A stretch of DNA of 64,000 nucleotides from NCBI GenBank assembly GCA_003971905.1, contig RSEE01000011.1, positions 868,001 through 932,000 of the forward strand. Reading direction: 5' to 3'. The position numbers and the translations under genes are program-made. This DNA comes from Moniliella sp. 'wahieum' (lineage: Eukaryota). This document shows positions 1 through 10,131 of the stretch, one piece after another; position 1 is the first letter of the stretch; every line of letters starts with the position of its first letter. The notes below the pieces were generated by a model. That model saw only the letters and a list, made by a program, of their open reading frames with translations, was not told the origin of the DNA and ran no database searches.

Positions 1-2834
1 GGGTGGTGGTGGAGGGGGCGGTGGTGGTGGCGGTGGTGGCGATGGCGACGGTGCGGGTGGAGACGCGGGAGGCGAGTGGCTCGCGGTGGCCAGGCAGCAA
101 CCAGCAGGACGAGGCGACGGGGGACAGCAGATGAGCAGCGCGTCTGTTCCCACCCTCTGCTCTCCTGCCAGCCTCGCCCGCCACGTCCACACAGCCCCCC
201 TGCCCCCCCCCCCCCACGTGGAGGCATCCACCAGCCAATGCCCTTACGTAACACCCTCCCCTCGCCTCCAGCATTCAACGTTCAACATGCAAGGGCCACC
301 GCTCAACGTTCAACGTTCAACTTTCCGGCTTCAAATTTCAATTGGCACATATTGCACCGATCCCGCCTTCACGCATCACGTGTTGGGACGGCCATCGCTT
401 GGAACACTTGAAATGTAAACCCACCCCCCAGCCGGTGGCGCACATCCGTGGAGCCTGTCTCACTCACCTCCACGTCCTACCCCCGCATAGAGCATCCGCA
501 TCAGAGCGAAAAAAAAGAGAAAAAAGAAGGTCGCGCCCACACCCACACCCACACTCCAACGACCGTTGGGACCAAGGAACGAAGCCGAGATGTGGTGCTT
601 CTCGCTCAAGAGCTTCCACGTTTCTCCCTCGCCCAGTAAAACATGTCAAAAAGCTGTAAGCACACAATACGAAACCGGTCGGGGCTCTGAGCTCCTGGCA
701 GATTCTGTCCCACCGCCGCGCGCCGGAGATGTGTGTTGTTCTAGTTGGGTTCGGTTCCATACGGGCGGATACGTTCCGATGCCCAGTGCCCCAACCGAGG
801 CACCTTAGGCCTTATTAGGTCAACGTTCAACTTTTCTAACTCCCAGCACTCACCGGTCACCACGTACTGTTCCCCGAGTTTTCAGTCCTTGCAGGTCCCT
901 GCCCTGCGAGCACGGAAGCTGCTCCGGCTCGAGATCGGTGGTACAGAGCTGCCGTTAGGCCCTAGGCTCAAAGGGGAAGCTTTTCGGAGTAAGGAGGAGA
1001 GGGTCTTGCTTGGTATGGAGGAGAGGGACTTACCGCTGTTGAGTCCCTCCGTACTGCGTACAGAGAATCACACCAAGAGTTTTGTGTGCATCTTTTTGGG
1101 TTGCTACTGCCCAAGCCCATGTGTCAGGCAGCAGGCACCGTGCGGAGAAGAGACTATTGCGCAGCACTGGCGCGGCACTGGCGCGGCTACTTTTGAGAAT
1201 CCGTGGATGCTCGTAACGCGTAACGCCTAACAGCTAAAGTCTATTACCATCTACCGCCTAAGCCCCTGAGCTTGTCTGCACGTCACCCATTATCGAACCC
1301 CAGTTCTATACCCGTCGGATCTCTGCCCCGCTTCTTTCACACCATTGTCAGAACGAAATGGAGATGCGAGCCCGTCGAAATCAAGTGGAGGGGTGCGCCA
1401 TGGAGCGCATATTGCCAGCTCAGCGCTCAACGTCATATACCAGCCCCATGTTGCTGTTGTTTTGCTCGGCTCAGCTCCGCGCGTCAAGTCCGGGCGGAGC
1501 GGTCTAACTGCAGATCGGAGTTGATGCACAGTGTTCCTACTTTCGTAATAGCAAGGCTCGAAGCGCCATTCACCGTTCACGCTTCAAGAGCTTCAAGCAG
1601 GCTCGCGCTCAAGCTTCAAGCCACAAGCCACAAGGACCAATCACTAAAACCACGTTTTTTTCAACGAGCGCGGGTTGGCGCCAGTTGAGAATTGGCGGGG
1701 TTTGTGTTGGTTGCAAAATGCGTTGCGGCTCTGGGTCGTGCTCATTGATGGAGATGGGTGAAGTACGGTGAATATACTACGGTACCTGCCGAGTCAGCTA
1801 TTTTGGCCAGGTAACCTACCCAGACTGGGTCGAGATTGGGACGGAGGCTGAGGGCCTGAAGCTCACATGCTCACGCTTGCGAATGGGACCAGCGCAGCCA
1901 GCTATATATCTCCAGGGAGGGGGGGATGCACTAGGGAGCTGTGTGTGTATAGATGGTCCGCTGGCTGTCTACTGTCTTGGCCTGTGGGGTCGCAGCTGGC
2001 TCCACGTGAATATGCACACAATGTCAAAATGGATTCATTCAGTAGACCCGGGACAAGTACCAAGTCCTCCCAACTCGTGCCACATCCAGGGCCAGGTGGC
2101 AGACAGCGCGTCGCTCCCATCCAATAGAGGCACCTGGGTCTGAGGACCGGTGATCCGCACCTGATCCCCTTTCTGACTGTGAGTACAGTGTAGAGAGTAT
2201 TGATCGGATCTCGAAATGCGCTGATCTATGGTGCGCTACACCCTTGTCCTACCGTGCTGCCTGGCTCGTTGGCAAGACCCTGAGGCCTGGGCGGAGACAA
2301 CCAGAAAAGGTCGGTTGATTAGGTCGAGGCCAGGTTTAACAATACGTTTATGGCCACCCACCTTGCAGAACAGCCAAGGCAGCAGAAGAGGGAACAAACG
2401 AGTGTGGGCAATGGCATCGTCGCCGAAGAGGGGCGGAGGCAGGTCAACGGGGAGAACAACAAGTTGGATTCAGGGAGAGGAGGGCAGGGGAGTGGGTATG
2501 CAGATGCAGATGCGGTGGAAAGGTTGAACGTTGAGCGAAGTCGTTGGCGTTTTTGAACCCTTTGGGTGGGAAGGGTAAAGCGTCCGAGGGGATGATATGC
2601 AGCGGGCGGAGGCGAGGGGGCGTTCATGTTCAAGCGCCAAACGAACAAAAGAACAAAAGAAACAGAAGGAACAGGGGAGGGTGGCGTAGGCGTTATTGCA
2701 GTTGTACTTGTAGCACAGGGGGTGGGGTGGGGGGTCGGACCGCGGCGCATCAGGACAAAGCGCGCATGAACACCCGACTGCGAAGAGTGACGGGGCGCCG
2801 CTGGTACACACACACCCATGCACTTCTGTTCACC

Positions 2835-3083
2835 TTACGGCTCGAGGCAACGTACGCCAATGAGGGAGTGGTGACAGGAGGTGCATTCGTTGAGGCGGAC
2901 GATGATGTTGTCGCAGTATGGGCAGCGCACGTACGGGCCCAGCGCCATGTCGACGAGGGCTGGGGAAAAAGAAGGGGAGAAAAGCAAATGTTAGCCGACG
3001 GACCAGCGCCAAAAGGCATGCAGGGGAGAATGGGAAGCGAAGAAAGACGTACGCTTGTTGATGATGAAGGTGCAGGCAGTCAT
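2835..3083 (-). CDS. Small spliced Cys-rich zinc-ribbon-like protein (51 aa), unknown function
   Basis: Exon 1 is 3083-3053, the 93-bp intron is 3052-2960 (GTACGT...GCTAAC...pyrimidine tract...CAG), and exon 2 is 2959-2835. The splice gives 156 nt in frame: MTACTFIINKPLVDMALGPYVRCPYCDNIIVRLNECTSCHHSLIGVRCLEP*, with CxxC-x9-CxxC. ATG context is AGCATG. The spliced form is absent from the ORF track. Confidence 0.62.
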
Positions 3084-3702
3084 GCTGGTCGTGGTAGCAG
3101 TCAAGGGCAGAGGGGTGGGCGTTGGTGGTGGTGGTGGTGCGGAAGAGAAGAGGGAGGATGGGAGCGGGGATGGTGTGTGGCGCAGGGGGGCGCAGGGGCG
3201 TTTTAAATGGGCCGTGTCTGCACGCGGGGTTGGCGGGTGGGCTGGGTACGACGCGGGTGCTTGACTCAGAGTGCCATCGGGCGCCATCTGTGTGCTGGGC
3301 AACAACAGGTGGTGGATGGAGAGATGCATGATGCATGCCTCATGCCTGATGCATGCTGAGCCAGAGCGCTGCGCAGGGGCACTGCAGCGCACTGCGCACG
3401 GGGTCAGCCAACCTGAGCGCCTGAGCCTGAGCTGTGCAAGGGATGGGTGATGCACGGCGGTGGGTCGGTCGCGGGGGACAAGCAGTGTGGCGTTGGCTGG
3501 CGCTGGGCCTGGCCTGCGCCGCGCCTGCCCCTTGCAGCCCACACGGGCAGGCACGCTGTTCTTTGTCCCTGCTCTGCTCTTTCTGCCGCGCCGATCGCCC
3601 GATGCATTCAGCCGTCCATGCGATGCGCATGCCTCTCCCGCACGCCCTCCCGTGGCCTCCACACTACCTCCACACCGCCACCACACATCTATATCACCCC
3701 TC

Positions 3703-3942
3703 TGTTGGCCTAGGGAGCCGGACGGGCAGAAGGATGAGGAGAAGGTGATGGATTGGAGCCAGAGTTGGGTCTGGGTACAGAGGCATCTATATAGGAGGCT
3801 GGACTAGGCACAGGGACAGTGAGTCACACAGGAGAGAGTGCAGGGCACAGGGACAGTGACACGCAGGGACGTCAGCGTGGAAGCCGATGGAACCGAGGCG
3901 AACCTGGTCTACCGACTGGGAGCCAGAGGATCACAGTCAACA
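3703..3942 (-). repeat. 3' LTR (family A)
   Basis: Base-for-base identical to 4883-5122. Contains a CTATATAG TATA-like box and a duplicated GGCACAGGGACAGTGA motif. Confidence 0.95.
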
Positions 3943-4660
3943 CCCCCGCTGGCCAGGGAACCCGGAGACATCGGTTGTGGGATGAGCTCCTGCCAGTGGA
4001 TGTAGAGAGGGGAGGACTTGAGTGGCAACCGGGACGAATGGCCTGGAGTTGTGCATGGCCACACGACTGGCCTACACCCCCGCTGTCCAGGATGACACCT
4101 GAACGAGCCGAGCGCTTGTGGTTGGTGTATTGTGCGACCGCCAGATGCTTGTAGAAGTCTTAGAAGTAAAAGTAGTAGGGGTTGCGCCCCGAAGCGATTT
4201 GGTGGGCAAAAGTAAAAAGCACCAGTTATAGGTGTAGTGAAAGAAAATTGGAAACTTGGAGTAAATGCGGTCCAAGGTCGTTTGGCATCAAAATTTGATG
4301 CGTTTGGTAGTTGTTTGGTTCCGCATGCCTGGTGCCAGTGGGGTCCATTGGGCATGGGAAATGAACGGGCGCTATGCGTCAACCGTCTTGATCTGTTTGG
4401 GTTCTCTTTGTTGTTGAAAAAGAGGAGTGGAAGAAGTTGGGTGACCACCCCCCCCCATCCTTTCCCCAGGTGCCCCGGATGAATTGGCAATCCGGGCGTG
4501 TAGCCGTGGGTGGGGCACTTGATGAGCAGCCACCCCCGCTTTCTGCGATTCGCCTGCGCCGTTTTGTCGTTGGAGGAATTTCGTCTCGTTGACGATACCC
4601 GACACGTTTTGTTCCGTCGTGTGTTGTCCCTAAAAATCATTGCCCCATCTGTGGGGGACG

Positions 4661-4760
4661 AGTGTGCCGATTGTGGCGGTAGTATGCCGATTGTGGCGGT
4701 AGTATGCCGATTGTGGCGGTAGTATGCCGATTGTGGCGGTAAGGTGCCGATTGTGGCGGT
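4661..4760. repeat. Minisatellite, 5 x 20 bp (AGTATGCCGATTGTGGCGGT), inside the LTR element
   Basis: Three perfect and two slightly variant copies read directly. Confidence 0.95.
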
Positions 4761-4868
4761 GGTGTTGTTGGGCGGGAGGACGGGTGTGTCTTGTGGGCTT
4801 GGCGGCTTAGCTTGGGCTTGTAGGCTTGGGGGTGGGCTTGCTTGAAGAGCGCTCCCCTTCCGGGGGGA

Positions 4869-4882
4869 TCAGATTGTAGCTC
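4869..4882 (-). other. Putative primer-binding site (non-canonical, anticodon-arm-complementary)
   Basis: GAGCTACAATCTGA immediately follows the 5' LTR end (CAACA) on the minus strand. It has no TGG start, and its complement reads as a stem, 7-nt loop TTGTAGC, then TC. Confidence 0.5.
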
Positions 4883-5122
4883 TGTTGGCCTAGGGAGCCG
4901 GACGGGCAGAAGGATGAGGAGAAGGTGATGGATTGGAGCCAGAGTTGGGTCTGGGTACAGAGGCATCTATATAGGAGGCTGGACTAGGCACAGGGACAGT
5001 GAGTCACACAGGAGAGAGTGCAGGGCACAGGGACAGTGACACGCAGGGACGTCAGCGTGGAAGCCGATGGAACCGAGGCGAACCTGGTCTACCGACTGGG
5101 AGCCAGAGGATCACAGTCAACA
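4883..5122 (-). repeat. 5' LTR (family A)
   Basis: Identical to 3703-3942, with TG...CA termini. Confidence 0.95.
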
Positions 5123-6825
5123 CCCTCATTACACCACATCGCCGCATTGCGTGTCTGTCATCGCTGTGACCCATCGGCCATGAACCAGCGTCTCAGCGCT
5201 CACCGCCCTCACTCAGGGGCCAATATCCAATGCTGTTCGTAGGCCAGCTGTGCACCGACACTCGCTCCCCTTTTCACACTGTCCTTCCAACACGCTCAGA
5301 GCTCACTATTCAATCCCAGCCCGGCACAAAGCCACAGCCAGTCACCACCGGACACGGTCCACCGGGAGCTGCGTATACTCTCAGATCTCAGACCTCTCTC
5401 CGCCCGCGCCCCTCGGCCAAACGTCAGTACTTGAGCGAGTAGCCGGAACCAGTGCAACACATAATGGAGTGGCCCTTGTAATCGTGTAACCAACACGTAA
5501 CTCCTGTATCTACCCCACAGAAGAAACGTCCATCTCCACATTGTATCCACCTCGTCAACCGGACTGCATAACGCGTACCCGCGTACCCCACCGAGGCGAG
5601 CGAGCGCCAAACTGCTACTGAACTCGTCCCAAGAACGTAGGGAGAGAAGGGCCATCTAAAATGGTCTTGGCGAACGCCGGTTGAACGTTGAACACTGCAC
5701 GTTGGAACGCTCAGCCTGACTCGGAGCCCTCAGCGCCTCAGCCCGGGGACCTGTTTAGCAGCCACTGCTGAGAGTACGGTGATCCGGCGTACTGAACCGC
5801 GTTGAACGCGCTGAGCACTGAACGCCTCCATCTCATGCATCATGCCGGGCAGCTGTCATGCTCGGGATCTGCATCTGCAGGAACGTGAGAATCTATGGAA
5901 AATGGAAAACACATGCGTGGCCAACAAACGAACTATACTCTCTGTGCTCGCCCATAACAATGCCGGTTAACCTTCCCGCCGGCATGTTCAACCGCAAAGG
6001 CAGGGACCGGCTACCTTCGGGCCTCTGTCCTCCGCACGGCAACAGGCCATCGTGTTTTGACACGCCGTACGCGCAGCGCAGCCTGTGCTCAGTGCTCAGT
6101 ATGCTCGAACCGCAGAACAGCCCATGGCGCACAACAATGGACAGCACACAGCATTGCATGCTGTACACAGTGTCTTCAGCTTTTTTTGTGTCGTTTTTCT
6201 CACATCTCACATGCATCACATCTCAGATCTCACATGTCACGCTGTCTCCGACACACCCACACACTACAGACTGTACTGCCGCAACAAATAAATCCACATG
6301 GGCGGGAGGCAAGGAGCATGTGGTCGCGGTGCCGATGCTCGATGCTCGATGCTCGATGCTCGATCCTCGATCAGATCTCAAACGAGCGCGAGGCCGGAGC
6401 GAGGGAATGTCAAGATCTCTTTCGAGGAGAAAACATGTACGAAAGGGGGGCGCGGCGAGCACCGATGGCACGTACGCGAGTATGGAAATGAGAGAGGGCC
6501 AAAACCCAAGAAACAAAAATGGGAGTGGCGCAACTCAACATGTTCCCCATCAACGTTCAACTTTTTAACTTGCACGTTCAACGTTGCTCGTCGCACGTTC
6601 ATGGCATCATGGCTAGTCGTAAAGATATGGGAGGAAGGGGGGGGAGAGAAGGGGGGGGGGGGGGGTCCGACGTCATCCCCGAGAAACTCAGGGGGAGGAG
6701 AAAGGAAGGAGGGGAAAGGATCGCGTCTTCGGTGCCTATCGCAGCAATGGCAGAAGAGAAGGCGGAAGGCGGAAGGGCACGAGGAGGAAACCCCACCGAG
6801 GAAAAATCAGTGCTCAGTTGAGCGC

Positions 6826-8833
6826 TCAGTACAGCATGGTCGTGTGCGCCGGCGCCTTTTCCTCGTCGCCCAAGTGAACAGATTTGTGATCGGGATCGGG
6901 ATCGGGGGTGGAGTCGGACACATGGTCCGCATCGAGGGGGGAGGCACGGGTGGGTGCTCCCCCCGCCCCCCAATGTCGATCTTCAGCAACAATTTCGCGC
7001 ACGGGGCGGACCAATCGTGAGCCTCCCAAGATCCGTCCGGGGGTTCGTACCATCCCAACGGGGTTTTGGAGCGGTAGTGGCTCCAAAAGAACGGGATGTG
7101 GAGCAAGAGGTAGACGACAAACGAGATTAAAAAGCCAACCAAGTAGGCCAAGGTGAACTCATGCTGGATGCCCGTCGAGACGTACTTGCTCCGACACACG
7201 CCGATGAACCCAGGCAAGTTGACGGCGACGCCGGCAAAGTAGCTCACAAACGCTTTGAGCGAGATGCCGTAAAAGTGGTAGTAGCGTGACTTGTGTCCGT
7301 TGGGCAGGTGGATATGGTACAGCGAGGGGATATGAACAAAGCCTCGGGCGACAAAAAAGTAGTCGGCAAACTGGACCCCGGCACAACTCGAAAGGAACAC
7401 AGCAAAGGAGGAGATGACCGTGGTAAAGTTGCTGGTCGAGTTGAGCACAATCCAAGGATTGTATACGGTGCCCACGATCAGCGCAACGAATTGACCACGA
7501 CGAATGTTGATCCACCGAGGCAAGAGCGCCGTCAAGTCCGATCCGGTCGAGATGGAATTGGCACTGACATTGACACCCAAGGTGATGATGGCCCAGCCTT
7601 GCGCGATAAAGAATACCCCGGCACGGGTGGTAGAGTGGTGCGGGTTGGAGTCCAGCTGGTACTTCATAGCGTCAATCGGCGTCCAAATTTGCTGGTCAAA
7701 TTTGACTTGCGCCGCCACAGCTATCAGCACACCAACCAAAGTCGTGATCAGGTACGTGAATGTCACCCCGGCCATTTGCGGCCAGATGACAGCAGAGGGT
7801 TTGTTGGCCATGCGAGCAAAATCGGAAGCGTTGCAGATCTGCACATAGGAGGAGTGGGGGGAAGAAGTGAAGTCAGTACAGCCTCCAACGGGCAAGAGGG
7901 GCAGGAGGGAAATAGGAAGGAACTGTACCCACCAGTGTAGCCCTGAGAAAAAATGAGAAGAAAGGGGTTAGTTCAATGGTACCACACCAAGACCTTGGGA
8001 GACACACAACTTACATGTTACCCAAGCTAGAAGTGCAGGTGGACAACCAGACCCAAGCAAGTTTGCTTCCATGCAATTTGCCCTTGGCCTGCAAAGCCAT
8101 GGCCAGTTGGTGTGCATCTGCGCCTCCACACATCCAACCCAGCAGAGAGAAGAGGGCGATGGGAATGACCACCACCTTGACCGAGAAGAGGTAGCGAATT
8201 TTTTGCGGCGAGGGAAGCATCATCAGCGCATTGAAAAAGACAAATGATAAACGAGACCAACTGTTCCGTGTTGATATACGGGTTGTGAAGTGTATCGTGC
8301 AGATGGCCAAAGGAGGGCCAGATGGAGCGGATCATCAAATCGACACAGAGCCCACCTAACCACGCTTGCACACCTTGCCACACACAACCCATCAACAGAC
8401 GCTCGCAGATCGGAAGGAAGCCCCCAAACAGGCCAAAAAGGTACGCATCGATACGGGGAACCCGATGTGGTAGACAGCCGCCATGCGCGAATTGAGCACC
8501 ACAAACATGCCCACAAACTCAAACCCTACAAAGACGGCGAGGAAGGCTTGCCACCACGTCAGGCCGAGGATCATGCCGGTTGTGGCCAGCTGAAGGGTGG
8601 AGATGTTGCAGCCTGGAGAAATTAATGGAAGAGGAAGGGAGGTCAGGAGGCGTCAGAGGAGTAGAGGAGATGGCAAAAGACACACCGGAGCTCCACCAAA
8701 AGATGAAAAAGGTCCATGCGGTCCACTTGCGCTTGTGGGGGGGGACGGGGGCAAGGTTGTTGTTGTAGAGAAAGCCGCTGGTGGGGTCGGTGCCCTTGAC
8801 CTCGAGCCAGGCGAGGTGCTTGTAGAGACCCAT
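6826..8833 (-). CDS. NCS1-family nucleobase:cation symporter (Fur4/Dal4-like uracil/allantoin permease), multi-exon
   Basis: Motifs NNNLAPVPPHKRKWTAWTF, YHIGFPV, GVQAWLGG, NASDFAR, NVSANSIS, LPRWINIRRG, ADYFFV. Many TM segments. Introns near 8600-8680 and 7930-8012. C-terminus frameshifted. Confidence 0.9.
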
Positions 8834-10131
8834 GGGGTGTGCCACGGGGGGGGAAAGGCTGCGGTAGAAGGCAGATTGGTGGTGGTGGTGGTGGCATTCG
8901 ACAGAACCGGGGCGACAGACGCGAGGAGCTGCTAATACGCCAGGCTACGCCCCATGGCCCATGGGCGTGTGGTGTGCCTGGCAGCGGAGAAGGGCAGCGT
9001 GTGGCGGAGCACAATGGCTGGGCGTGGCCAATTGACTATTACCAGATTGGAGATAGGAATCGGCGTAGACACTGCCGCTGTGCGCTGCCGTGGCTGCTGG
9101 CAGGGCCCAGGCAGGACAGCAGCGCACCCACAGGCACTTCTCCTGCGCCCTGTGGCTTTCTCCTCCTGTTGGCCCGAGAGATAAGCAAAGGGACCCTGCA
9201 ATCTCCTGGCGCAGCTGCCAGCTGCTTCCTCACGCTTCGCACTTCCCCGCTTCGCCCACTAACCAGCCAACCGATCATCCCACCTCTCAGATCTCAGACT
9301 TCACCTTAGTGGCCTTAGCCTTAGCCCCCCCCCCGCCCCCCTCCCTCCTCTTGGCGTCTACGAGTGGCAACAGAGACGGTCCAGGTTGCGGCCCGTCTAG
9401 GCTGAGGCGCTGTGGCGCTGAGGCGTTGATGGGGGAGTCAGGAACGGGGAACACAGGATGAAACCCTATAATAGGCCCTACTAGTACTACTATGCGTGTC
9501 GTATAGACTGTTGCCAAGGGGAACTGAATCTGCCAACAAAATAGTATACCACAGAGCGAAGGTGGATGGATATAGGATACGTCATCGGCGGTGCCGCAAG
9601 CGGTGCCGCCGGGAGGCGAAGGGTAGGTTGCGCGGTTGGCTGATGGTCGATGACTACGTGACTGGATGACTGCCAAGTGTTCGGGAACGGATTCCAACGT
9701 TCCGACTCACTCAATGCATCAATGTATGGCTGCCATCAGAGAGGGTAAGACCGGGTGCTGCAATGCAGGCAGCGCATGGACCTGAACACGGACGGAAGTA
9801 AGCATCACTTGTACAAGCTGTATACACGACGAAATAACTCTGCTTCTGTATACCCGCTGGGCTCGTCGGCCCAAGCAGTCCAAGGGTACAAGGGGAACCG
9901 ATAAGGGGAGGAAATGTATCGGGTTATCGGGCGACCTAGGCGACCCGGGCGACCCGGGCGACCCAAGATCACATCCTGGCGGTACTACAACGAACGGTAT
10001 GAGCGACAGGACAGAGTCACACACGCCCGCGGGGGGGGGGCTAGCCCGCTCATCCACACCATCCAGCCCATCCATACCCTCAACACCGCGATCCGGCGCA
10101 CCCAGCGCCGGCGCCGGCGCCAGACGTTTCC

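Larger units (their letters stand above)
3703..5122 (-). mobile_element. Complete non-autonomous LTR retrotransposon (TRIM-like, 1420 bp), Ty1/copia-style termini
   Basis: Two identical 240-bp LTRs (TGTTG...CAACA) and a 5-bp target-site duplication CCCTC (3698-3702, 5123-5127). A purine-rich AGCGGGGG abuts the left LTR on the minus strand (PPT-like). The 940-bp interior has no recognisable RT/IN/gag motif. Confidence 0.95.

Noticed and set aside
1..135. Pro-rich minus-strand stretch that may be the start of a gene leaving the window
   Set aside because: It is low-complexity with no clear ATG or domain within the window.
868..1126. Possible additional solo LTR
   Set aside because: The composition is LTR-like, but I found no matching inverted termini or target-site duplication.
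2136..2185. TPP riboswitch-like words (CTGAG...ACCTGATC)
   Set aside because: The downstream GGATAATNCC/CGNAGG core is missing and the site is not in an intron of a thiamine gene.
4661..4760. CRISPR-like array
   Set aside because: The repeats are contiguous with no spacers, the context is eukaryotic and there are no cas genes.
3703..5122. Tf1/sushi-type self-priming of the LTR element
   Set aside because: I found only about 6 nt of complementarity between the PBS and the LTR R region, too short to support it.
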